Shown here: positions 25,554-34,059 of the stretch, one piece after another
Position numbering within the stretch: position 1 is the first letter of the stretch
Layout of the letters: each line of letters opens with the position of its first letter
From: a virus
Strand: one strand, 5' to 3'
Virus record (IMG/VR): IMGVR_UViG_3300034152_001291
Location: 1-64,000 of that record
DNA length: 64,000 nt
The notes under the pieces: model-generated
Databases searched by the model: none
Told to the model about the DNA's origin: nothing
The model's input: only the letters and a program-made list of their open reading frames with translations
Translations under genes and position numbers: made by a program

Positions 25554-26467
25554 GCAATCCCGGATTCGTGGACCTGGATGTCCGGTACGTCTCCTCGTCA
25601 CTGGGGGTGGGGCTCGCCGTCGACTCGATCGAGGGCGAGGTCTATAGCGCCGACGGAGCGCTCATCGACAAGATCGTTCCGGACCCGATCGTGGACTCGT
25701 TCGGAATCAAGTACGTCAAGTCCGACTACGACGTCCGCGACCTCTCCAAGTACGGGGGTCCTCCTTTCGTCACGGTCGTCTGGATCGCCAAGAGAGCCGG
25801 GGTGCTCCTGCCCGATTTCACCAAGCAATACTGGATCGAGCCTGCCGGCCGGGAGTACACCAACCAGACCGTCCTGATGTGGAAGCCCCCGGACCTCACC
25901 GACGGGCCCGTCATCTTCTACGAGGTCTATCGCCGGCGGGGCGAGGAGGATCCGATCTTCGCCGGAAGGAGCATCTACCCCCTCTTCATCGACGAGACGG
26001 TCTTCACGAACGAGTTCGAGGCGAGGTCATACAAGTATTACCTGAACCCGGCCGTTCACGTGGAGGGGGAGTTGCAGGCCGATGGGAGCGATTACGTCGT
26101 CAGGAACTCCCAGATCGTGCCGGACCAGATTTTCAGGACCGGGCTGCCCGTGTGCGTGATCGAGGGCTCCCTCCGGGACCTCTACGGGAGATCGGCCAGA
26201 CAGACCACCAGCCGGGGCGCCGACACCTACGTGGTGTTCAGACAGAACTGGCGTGACCGGTTCCAGCTGAGGGGGGACGTCTTCTTCGCCCCGGAAGACG
26301 TCTACGCATTCGTTCACGAGACCGACGGGAAGTTCGCCGCCCCTCTCGTCCAGGGGGTCGTGACCGAGATCGAGATCCTTTCGTGGAACTACCGGGGACG
26401 TTTCGTCGTGCCCGCTCTTCCGAGAATAGGATTGGGTTCCCTGGACGTTACACTACTCAGAGAATAG
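25550..26467 (+). CDS. putative structural protein with FN3-like segment
   Basis: LMWKPP...FYEVYRR...F.DE...YKYY pattern. Confidence 0.65.
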   Translation: MSNPGFVDLDVRYVSSSLGVGLAVDSIEGEVYSADGALIDKIVPDPIVDSFGIKYVKSDYDVRDLSKYGGPPFVTVVWIAKRAGVLLPDFTKQYWIEPAGREYTNQTVLMWKPPDLTDGPVIFYEVYRRRGEEDPIFAGRSIYPLFIDETVFTNEFEARSYKYYLNPAVHVEGELQADGSDYVVRNSQIVPDQIFRTGLPVCVIEGSLRDLYGRSARQTTSRGADTYVVFRQNWRDRFQLRGDVFFAPEDVYAFVHETDGKFAAPLVQGVVTEIEILSWNYRGRFVVPALPRIGLGSLDVTLLRE

Positions 26468-26482
26468 TCGGGGAGCGCAAGA

Positions 26483-29400
26483 ATGGGTTTCACTCCCAAC
26501 ATCAATCTCGAGACGCCGGCGAACGGCGACTACCTGGACACCTGGGATTCGCCGGTCAATCTCAACTGGGACAAGATCGACGCCTTGTTCGACGCCACCC
26601 GGTCGGACATGGGAGGCTCGGGGCACGTTCACGACGGGACCGCCGGGCAGGGCCCCCAGGTGGACCACGACGAGCTCCTGAACGCCGGCACGGTCAGCCA
26701 CGCCGATCTCGACTCCGAGATCACCCAGGTCCGCGTGACGAGCAACGACGGGACCGTGGACTACATCGGGACGAAGTTGCAGGCCGGCTCGGGGATAACC
26801 CTGACCGAACTCAACGACGGAGGGGACGAAAAGCTCGAGATCGCTTCGACCGGAGGGGCTCCGACGCTCGGGGACGTGAACGATCCGACAGGGCAGTACG
26901 GGTGGCGGACCATGCCCTCGAGCTCAGCGCCGGTCATCTACACCGACAACTTCAACTATCCCGCGAGCAAGACTCTTTCCGACTGCGACTACGCCACGGA
27001 CTCCTTTACGCCCACGGGGGCGCCGTTCGATTTCTACGCCACGGGGAGGTCGATGCGGGTCGACGTGGATCCCCAGCTCCTCGGGTCGGATCTCTACGGG
27101 CAGTACGCGGCTACCGTCGCCTGCCATATCCCGCACGGGCGCGCCCAACGATGCACGCTCTCCATCACGGACGCGGACTTCGAGGATCTCGAGGTCGGGG
27201 ACTCGTTCAACTTCGTCCTCGCGGTCCACTCGACGCATCAGCTCGGGCCCGCCCTTCCCAACCGGTACGGAGTCTTCCTCGAGATTCACCTGGTCCGAGT
27301 CGCGTCGAGCACCTCCGCCGACTTTCAGGTCACGCACCGCATCATCGTGGTCCCCGACGACACGACCCAGGTTCAGATCTTCGAGTGCCACAACCACACG
27401 AGTGGGGACGACATCAAGGGATGCTGGGAGATCAGCCTGGATGCCTGGGGGCACGTCTACCACTACTGGCGCCGGCGTCTGGTCTACAGCAGCCAGACCT
27501 CCCCGCCGAACACGCCGGGCCCGGTCTACTCCTACTTCGGGAATCTCTCGGCCTCGCTGCTGGCGATCTCGGACCCCAAATACGGCGCCATCGGATTCGG
27601 CAGCCAGTACGCTGTCTCGCCGCACGCGAAGTTCTTCATCGAGGCCTCCTGGCTCTCGATCGCGGCCGAGGGGGACATTTACGACGAGGTTCCGGGGTCC
27701 TGCCCGGGCTCGCTTCCTCCGATCGGGATTCCGACCGAGGTCGACATCCCGCTCGTTTTCTACACGGTTCCTCCAGGGGGTCACAATCCTCCCGGCAATC
27801 CGGGCGCCCAGTGCTGCCCGCCCCCGAACGCGGTCGACATCGGGGACGTCCTGGCCACGGATTCATTCGGAAACCCCACGGTGTGGGTCACGGGGTGCAA
27901 CGAACTCATTTCCGAGGAGGTTCCGGAGGGGAAGATCGACGGCTACACCACGAACATCTCGGCTCCCTGGTGCTTCCCCTGCGGCGCGCCCTCGGGGACG
28001 CCGACCTTCTACGACGTCCCGGACGACTGGCCCCAGGAGGGAACCGAGGGCGCCATCATCGTCCACGGCATCGAGCCGCTCCCTCCCTACATCGACGTGA
28101 TTCCGGACACCCCGGGATTCACGGTCGTGGATGCGGTGCCGCTCAACCTCAACGAGTTCCTTCTGAAGTACCAGATCGCCGACGGGTACGCAGGGACGAC
28201 GGTCGGCATCGACATCAACAACCCCTACACCGGGTCGACGCTCCTGACCGTTCCGTCCTTCGTCGAGATCGACGATGCGCCTCCGGTGATCGACACGATC
28301 AACTGGGTGGATCAATGGACGAAGAATCTGACGGTGGCGACGGCCGGCTATCCCTTCGACGTCACCATCAATGGGTCGGGTTTCGATCTGGGCTCGATTG
28401 TCAGTTCCCCCACGGCGGGCGTCACGGTCCTCTCCTACCTCTACGTGAGCCCCTCCCAGATGGTCGCGGAGATCGAGCTGGACTTCCTCACCACGCGGGG
28501 GCAGCTGATCACGATCGAGGTGTCGGACGGGGCAGCGACAGGATCGAAAGAGGTCCTCTCGAACTACCCCATCCCGATCGGGGCGTGGCTCGATATCTCG
28601 GCGACCACCCCGGGGATCGGAAGAACGGGAACGATCTACGGGAACCTCTTCCCGAGCAACGTCGAGGTGACGGCCGTGAACCCCGCGCTCGTCGCCAATC
28701 TCGTCCCGATCTGGGTCGACGAGAACACGGTCAACTTCACCATGGATATCATCGGCTTCGCGGGACAGGTGATCGAGTTCGAGGTGAAGGACCCCGACGG
28801 GGGAGGGACGATCACGATGCCCGTCTGCGAGATCGACGACGCCGCGCCTCCGAGTGTCTCGTCGGCCTCCACGATCCCCGTCAGCGTCTACGAGGCGGCG
28901 CGCGATAAGATCTATGAGGTGACGGCTTTCGGCTCCGGCTTCGGGCCGGCGTCCTACATCTTCATCAACAGCATCCCCGTGGGTCCGCTCTACGGAACCG
29001 AGGGGGACATCCACACCACGGTCCGGGCCCCGACGAGCGTGAAGGGAGAGTTCTGGGTGCCCTGCAGCACCGTCACGGGAGTGGACGTCAGCGTGTTCAA
29101 GCCGGGGGTCGGCTCCGACGCCCTTCCCGCGGCCTTCAACACCCTGGCCGTGCCCGCGACATCCATTACCGCCGGAACGGCGGTCTGGTCGGGCGGACTC
29201 CGTCCCGGCGCCTCGGGGACCGTCACGTTCCCCTTCACCGGGGGTCTCATCCATCTCACGGACATCCAGAGCGTGGTCGGCAGCGACCTCTCGATCGATC
29301 TCGGAACGAGGATCCAGAACCCGGCATCCCTGGACTACGACTACCAGGTGGCGGCCGGCGCCGTTCCCGCGACGACGGTCTCGGTCTTCTTCGCCAACGG

Positions 29401-30625
29401 GGCCTGCGACACCTCTCCCTCCCAGTACGACGTGGAGATCGACTATGACAACCCGGTCATCACTTCCGTGGACCTCGAGCTCTACGAGGACATGACGGGC
29501 GTGACCGGGAAGATCTACGGGTCGGGGTTCTACGACACTCCTCCCGGGACACTCGTCGTGGCCGGAACGGGAAACATCACGGTCGTCTCGAGCAACGTGA
29601 TCAGCGATACCGAGATCGAAGTGACCGTGGATAACGGGTCGCCGGGGGCGGCGGGCTTCTTCGTGACGAACTCGAACGGAGACACGTCCCCCACGTACGC
29701 CCTGACGATCCTCGCCGAGGAGGCGCCCGTCATCTACCACGCGGAACTGGTTCCTTCGGTCACGGGGACCTTCTCGACCCTCTACGTCTACGGAAGAAAC
29801 CTCTACCCGCCCGGAGCGGCTTACGTATTCACGGGATTCAGTTTGACGGCTACTAACAAGACCCTTCCGACCTATCTGGAATTCGAGGGCACCATCACGG
29901 CCGCAGCGGGCAACGACGTATTTCTCGACATCACCTCGACCTCTCACAGCTACCTCAACCTCTACCTCGACACGGCCACGGCTTCGCCCGGCGGGGACGT
30001 CCTCGTCCACGACATCGGGAACCCGAATCCCGTGGAAAACCAGACGAGCGTGCTCGTCACCATCAGCGGGGAGAATCTCGACCAGGTGGCAACGGTGGAG
30101 GCCGAGCCGTTCGACGCGGCCCGGCAGGCCCTGCGGTACGTTCCCGCGGGCGTCGTCGTCCCCGTCTCCGTCTCGATCGCGGAGATTCGCCCGGACAATC
30201 TCGTTCTCAGCGTCGATCTCGAAAAGGGCCTGACGCCCAACGACTACAACTTCCTCCTCTACGACGGGGGGATGTCCCTCTTGACGATCGCCCCGCAGGC
30301 GATCCACGTGGAGCCGTCCCTCAACGCCCCCGTGATCAGCGACCCCGTACGACTTCTTCTCGACGCGGCGATTCCCTCGGGAACCGGCCTGTCGTGGATG
30401 GTGGTCTTTGAGGTCTCCGGACCCACGCCGTGGATGTTCGGGGACCAGATCGTGGGCTACGGATTCACGGTGGACAGCTCGTCCTTCAATCCCTCGACCA
30501 ACGAGTGGACCGTGGAGGGCACGAACGGAGCGCCGGCCTCGGACTGGCAGCTCACGATCGAGCGTCCCGCGATCTCCGGAGTCGAGGAAGGCAACTACAG
30601 GATCCCCGGAGGAGTCGTCACCTAA
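26483..30625 (+). CDS. large tail fibre/surface protein with repeated Ig-like (IPT/TIG-like) domains
   Basis: Fibre-type N-terminus TPNINLETP...W...N.NWDKID; repeated P.I...(I/V).G.(G/N)(F/L) units. Confidence 0.75.
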   Translation: MGFTPNINLETPANGDYLDTWDSPVNLNWDKIDALFDATRSDMGGSGHVHDGTAGQGPQVDHDELLNAGTVSHADLDSEITQVRVTSNDGTVDYIGTKLQAGSGITLTELNDGGDEKLEIASTGGAPTLGDVNDPTGQYGWRTMPSSSAPVIYTDNFNYPASKTLSDCDYATDSFTPTGAPFDFYATGRSMRVDVDPQLLGSDLYGQYAATVACHIPHGRAQRCTLSITDADFEDLEVGDSFNFVLAVHSTHQLGPALPNRYGVFLEIHLVRVASSTSADFQVTHRIIVVPDDTTQVQIFECHNHTSGDDIKGCWEISLDAWGHVYHYWRRRLVYSSQTSPPNTPGPVYSYFGNLSASLLAISDPKYGAIGFGSQYAVSPHAKFFIEASWLSIAAEGDIYDEVPGSCPGSLPPIGIPTEVDIPLVFYTVPPGGHNPPGNPGAQCCPPPNAVDIGDVLATDSFGNPTVWVTGCNELISEEVPEGKIDGYTTNISAPWCFPCGAPSGTPTFYDVPDDWPQEGTEGAIIVHGIEPLPPYIDVIPDTPGFTVVDAVPLNLNEFLLKYQIADGYAGTTVGIDINNPYTGSTLLTVPSFVEIDDAPPVIDTINWVDQWTKNLTVATAGYPFDVTINGSGFDLGSIVSSPTAGVTVLSYLYVSPSQMVAEIELDFLTTRGQLITIEVSDGAATGSKEVLSNYPIPIGAWLDISATTPGIGRTGTIYGNLFPSNVEVTAVNPALVANLVPIWVDENTVNFTMDIIGFAGQVIEFEVKDPDGGGTITMPVCEIDDAAPPSVSSASTIPVSVYEAARDKIYEVTAFGSGFGPASYIFINSIPVGPLYGTEGDIHTTVRAPTSVKGEFWVPCSTVTGVDVSVFKPGVGSDALPAAFNTLAVPATSITAGTAVWSGGLRPGASGTVTFPFTGGLIHLTDIQSVVGSDLSIDLGTRIQNPASLDYDYQVAAGAVPATTVSVFFANGACDTSPSQYDVEIDYDNPVITSVDLELYEDMTGVTGKIYGSGFYDTPPGTLVVAGTGNITVVSSNVISDTEIEVTVDNGSPGAAGFFVTNSNGDTSPTYALTILAEEAPVIYHAELVPSVTGTFSTLYVYGRNLYPPGAAYVFTGFSLTATNKTLPTYLEFEGTITAAAGNDVFLDITSTSHSYLNLYLDTATASPGGDVLVHDIGNPNPVENQTSVLVTISGENLDQVATVEAEPFDAARQALRYVPAGVVVPVSVSIAEIRPDNLVLSVDLEKGLTPNDYNFLLYDGGMSLLTIAPQAIHVEPSLNAPVISDPVRLLLDAAIPSGTGLSWMVVFEVSGPTPWMFGDQIVGYGFTVDSSSFNPSTNEWTVEGTNGAPASDWQLTIERPAISGVEEGNYRIPGGVVT

Positions 30626-30649
30626 AGCCACGCTCAGTCTTCTGAGTGG

Positions 30650-30688
30650 GGACCCGAGAGGACTCGTTCCTCCGGGTCCTTTTTTTTT
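30650..30688 (+). terminator. Rho-independent terminator
   Basis: GGACCCG...CGGGTCC stem + T9. Confidence 0.8.
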
Positions 30689-30691
30689 CAT

Positions 30692-30723
30692 AAAAAAAAA
30701 CCGGGCAGCGCCGACTGCCCGGT
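30692..30723 (-). terminator. Rho-independent terminator (convergent)
   Basis: CCGGGCAG/CTGCCCGG stem preceded by A9 on the plus strand. Confidence 0.8.
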
Positions 30724-30757
30724 ATTCCCGCCACGCCGGGGCGGGTTTGGAGAGGGA

Positions 30758-31243
30758 TCAGCTCTTCTCCTTCTCCTCCTCGAAGACGACCTCCTCGGCG
30801 TCCTCGTCCTCGTCGCCGTCGTCGTTGATGGTGACGAGGATTCTCAGGTCCTTCTCCTTGAAGAAGTCCTCGAAGGACCTCTTCGAGGACCGGTAGAGGA
30901 AGCCCTCCATCCCCTCCCAGGCGTCCAGGACCTCCAACATCTCTGCCGGGGTCATTTCGACGCCGATCTCCTTGAGCAAGGCCAGCCACATCTGAGCCTG
31001 CTGGCTTTTGCTTCTTGCTGCGGAGAGGATGGCGCCCTGGATGTAGGAGACGATCTCGTTCTGGTATCGCCTCTTGATGTCCAGGGCCTTGAGGATCTTC
31101 TCGATCCTGGAGTTGAACCGCCGGACCGGTTCCGACGGTTTCGGGACCTCCAACGAGGGGATCCCGGCTGCGGCGAGGAGGCTCAGTCCCCGCTGCAACC
31201 CCTGGAGGTGGAACCTCCAGTACATCTTGTTCTTCTTCTCCAT
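30758..31243 (-). CDS. hypothetical helical protein with acidic tail
   Basis: AAAGGAG RBS before MEKKNK; downstream of motif copy 6. Confidence 0.7.
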   Translation of the reverse strand: MEKKNKMYWRFHLQGLQRGLSLLAAAGIPSLEVPKPSEPVRRFNSRIEKILKALDIKRRYQNEIVSYIQGAILSAARSKSQQAQMWLALLKEIGVEMTPAEMLEVLDAWEGMEGFLYRSSKRSFEDFFKEKDLRILVTINDDGDEDEDAEEVVFEEEKEKS

Positions 31244-31276
31244 TGGGTCTCCTTTCAAAGAGCTGTCTCTCATCTT

Positions 31277-31285
31277 TCTTATGAC
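31277..31285 (-). promoter_or_regulatory. GTCATAAGA motif copy 6
   Basis: Exact 9-mer. Confidence 0.7.
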
Positions 31286-31295
31286 GCAGAGATCT

Positions 31296-31325
31296 AAAAA
31301 ATTGGGACCCACGAAGGGTCCCAAT
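31296..31325 (-). terminator. Rho-independent terminator
   Basis: ATTGGGACCC/GGGTCCCAAT 10-bp stem with adjacent A-run. Confidence 0.7.
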
Positions 31326-31433
31326 CGAAAGGAGGCCCAGGAGGCTCGCCTCCAAGGCAGTCCCGGGAAGCATCCCGGGTTGGCCGTGGAGTGGCCTACT
31401 CCACGGCGTCCGACCTATCGGACGATCCTCATG

Positions 31434-31535
31434 CTACTTCTTTCGAAGCATCTTCCGGAGCTTCCTGCCCAGGCGTCGCCCGAGAAAGAAAGAGTCCTGG
31501 AAGAGCATGAGGAAGCTGTGGTAATTCTTACGCAC
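31434..31535 (-). CDS. 33-aa basic peptide MRKNYHSFLMLFQDSFFLGRRLGRKLRKMLRKK
   Basis: AAAGGAGG RBS 5 nt before GTG; lies between motif copy 7 and a terminator; below the ORF-track cutoff. Confidence 0.5.
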   Translation of the reverse strand: MRKNYHSFLMLFQDSFFLGRRLGRKLRKMLRKK

Positions 31536-31560
31536 AGCTGCCTCCTTTCTGCCACGGTTC

Positions 31561-31588
31561 TTGATCGCCTCCATGAAGTGTTTACACT
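31561..31588 (+). promoter_or_regulatory. sigma70-like promoter TTGATC-N16-TACACT
   Basis: Upstream of 31651. Confidence 0.55.
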
Positions 31589-31619
31589 ACAGGAGAGCGA
31601 AAAGGCTCCGTGGCATTGT

Positions 31620-31628
31620 TCTTATGAC
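31620..31628 (-). promoter_or_regulatory. GTCATAAGA motif copy 7
   Basis: Exact 9-mer. Confidence 0.6.
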
Positions 31629-31650
31629 AGAATTCGGGAGGTTCTTGGCG

Positions 31651-32235
31651 ATGAGCCGACTCTTGGACCGGATTCAGGGATTCCATCGCAACCTGATCAA
31701 GACGGCTGCGGAGGAATCGGATTCCTACGTCGTCAAGGTAGCCATGGGAATGGGCGAGGGCGGCCTCGAGGCCTTCCTCTCGAATCTCTTGCAGGAAAGC
31801 CCTCCCGCCAACATCCAGGAGATCCGGGACACGGCGGGCGAGCTGCTCCTCCGGAGGATCGAGCGTATGCTCTCCGAGGAGGAGCAGAGGATGACGAGCG
31901 AGCCCCTCGAGGGACAGATCAAGCAGCTCGAGAACCTGTCCGCTCTCCTGTCGAAGAGAATCCAGATCTCGGAACTCCAGAAGAAGTTCATGGAGAAGCA
32001 GAGGGAGATGGGTCTCCTCTCGCCCCCGGCGGGAATGCTTCCCCAGGGGGCTCCGCCGATGCCCATGCCGGCCCCTCCGGCCGGACCGATGCCGGCGCCC
32101 GTGCCGGGAGCCGCGCCCCTGCCGGGAGCAGCGTCCCCGGCGGCACCCGCGCCGCCTCCGCCGCCCCCGCCCTCGCCGGGTCCCGGAGTTCCCGAAAGTC
32201 CCATGGAGGCGGCGTCGCCTCCTCGAAGAATGTAG
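31651..32235 (+). CDS. putative head protein, coiled coil plus Pro-rich tail
   Basis: GGAGG RBS; LIKTAA, VVKVA. Confidence 0.7.
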   Translation: MSRLLDRIQGFHRNLIKTAAEESDSYVVKVAMGMGEGGLEAFLSNLLQESPPANIQEIRDTAGELLLRRIERMLSEEEQRMTSEPLEGQIKQLENLSALLSKRIQISELQKKFMEKQREMGLLSPPAGMLPQGAPPMPMPAPPAGPMPAPVPGAAPLPGAASPAAPAPPPPPPPSPGPGVPESPMEAASPPRRM

Positions 32236-32266
32236 GTTTGGACCCGCACGACGGGACCAAACGGAG

Positions 32267-33436
32267 GTGAGCATGATGTTCAAGATGGCAGGAGCCGTCG
32301 TCGACTTCTACGACGACCCCGACTTCCATTCCTCGTCCCGAGCCCAGGAGTTGATGAAGGAAGGGATGGTCACGCCCGTAGAGGACCTCGATTCCCTTCG
32401 GGACAAGGACTTCGCGGTCAAGATCATCACCAAGGTCGGCCAGCACCGGAAGTTCCCGATCAACACGCCGGCCGCAGCGGCTCTCTCCGGGAGGTACTTC
32501 GAGGAGATCGAGTCCCGCCTTCCTGAAGGAATCCGGAAGGTGGCGGGGTTCTTCCTGAAGAGAGCTCACGACCTCTACGGTCTCGACTTCCCCCCGTCCC
32601 TCCTCGAGCCCTTCGAGCCCGTGCCTCACAACGAGGCCGAGATGGAGCCGGCCGTCCCGCCCCTCCACGCCTCGTCGGACGGAGTGGCCAAGCTCGCTCA
32701 GCACGGTTTCGTCTCGCGGGCGAGGAGCACGCCTCCCCTGGAGAAGGTGGCGAGGGCCCGGGAGGTCGCCCAGATTCTCCAGAAGGTCGGCGAGCCCCTG
32801 ACCGAGCAGGAGGTCTGGGACTACGTCCCGAAGTACGAGTACGGGCCCCATGCCGAGGAGATGCTTCGACAGAGGGTCTCCCTGGCGAAGAACGCGGGCC
32901 TCTCGAAGCAGGCGGCACTGAAGGGAATCCTCAAGGAGGCGGCCAAGATGTCACCCCTGGAGGCTCCCTTCCTGATCCACCAGTACGACAAGACCGCGGG
33001 GCTCGATCTCCGCTACGGGATGGGCGGGGTCGTCGATCCCTTCTTCGGGGCCTGGGGAGGCTTCCCGCTCCCGAAGGCCGCTGGCGTCAAGGAGGACCTC
33101 CTGAAGTACAAGCTGGAGACGATCGCGATCTACGATCAGCTTCTCCGCCGGAACTTCGGGGAGCCCTTCGTCACGAAGTTCACGCAGGACCCCAAGGGAA
33201 CCTACGAGACGGCTGACGAGGCCCACAAGAAGGTTCTCGACTACTTGATGGAGAACATCCCGACCAAGCGCAGCGAGGACGACCAGGACCCCGAGAAGGC
33301 GGGGCGGCAGCACGACAAGATCGAGGGGAGCGTCACCAAGGCCCTCGAGAAGGAGCAGGCGAGGCCGTCCGAGAAACCCCGCGGGAGCGTCTGGAACGCC
33401 AGCAGTCTGTTAGGGGCCACGAATGACGGTCTCTGA
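32267..33436 (+). CDS. putative head/internal protein with many K-x-A motifs
   Basis: FKMAG, IRKVAG, VAKLA, LEKVA, LSKQA, YDKTAG; start may be a few codons downstream. Confidence 0.75.
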   Translation: MSMMFKMAGAVVDFYDDPDFHSSSRAQELMKEGMVTPVEDLDSLRDKDFAVKIITKVGQHRKFPINTPAAAALSGRYFEEIESRLPEGIRKVAGFFLKRAHDLYGLDFPPSLLEPFEPVPHNEAEMEPAVPPLHASSDGVAKLAQHGFVSRARSTPPLEKVARAREVAQILQKVGEPLTEQEVWDYVPKYEYGPHAEEMLRQRVSLAKNAGLSKQAALKGILKEAAKMSPLEAPFLIHQYDKTAGLDLRYGMGGVVDPFFGAWGGFPLPKAAGVKEDLLKYKLETIAIYDQLLRRNFGEPFVTKFTQDPKGTYETADEAHKKVLDYLMENIPTKRSEDDQDPEKAGRQHDKIEGSVTKALEKEQARPSEKPRGSVWNASSLLGATNDGL

Positions 33437-34049
33437 GGTCATTCTTCACGAGGAGGTCCTGCCGAGGACCCTGAAGTCCCTTCTCGACGCGAGGTTTCCG
33501 GAGTGGCACAAGTGGGAGCCGGAGACGCTCGAGACGGAGCTTCGTGACCTCATCGGGGCCCCGGTCCTTCCGGAAGTATTCGAAAGGATCATGGCCCTCC
33601 AGACCTTCCTCAACACGGAGCTGTTCTGGGACGACGTTCTCGTCTTCGAGAACATCTGCCTGGCGTTCAACGGTTCTCACGTGGACCCCGACCTCATCCA
33701 GGGGGCGTCGCCGCGAGAGATCGCCTTCGGCGTCATGGCGGCGAATCAGGTGCGAAAGCATGACAACTACGTCTCCGACATCCTGGAGTACATCCGGCAG
33801 TCTCACAAGACCCACGGGGTGCTCGTCTACCACCCGATCCTCCGGTTCGCGCAGCCCCATTACGACGGCTTCCGCGAGCAGATCGCCAGGTTCGTGAAGA
33901 ACCGGGTTCGGAAGAGCGAGCCTCCCCCGGAAGAGATCGACCAGAAGAGCCCAATCGAAGTCCAGTACATGAAGACCTTCGATTGCATCGCCTACGTCCG
34001 GGAAAAGATGGAACTCGGTGAGCAGGTAGAGCGGCAAACAGGCCGATGA
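33423..34049 (+). CDS. hypothetical virion-module protein (WEPETL)
   Basis: ORF track; tiled. Confidence 0.7.
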   Translation: MTVSEVILHEEVLPRTLKSLLDARFPEWHKWEPETLETELRDLIGAPVLPEVFERIMALQTFLNTELFWDDVLVFENICLAFNGSHVDPDLIQGASPREIAFGVMAANQVRKHDNYVSDILEYIRQSHKTHGVLVYHPILRFAQPHYDGFREQIARFVKNRVRKSEPPPEEIDQKSPIEVQYMKTFDCIAYVREKMELGEQVERQTGR

Positions 34050-34059
34050 GGAGTAAGTC

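Noticed and set aside
26383-28908. 841-aa Arg/Gly-rich alternative-frame ORF (also 34209..35735, 54891..56219)
   Set aside because: Composition typical of shifted frames in GC-rich DNA overlapping well-supported genes
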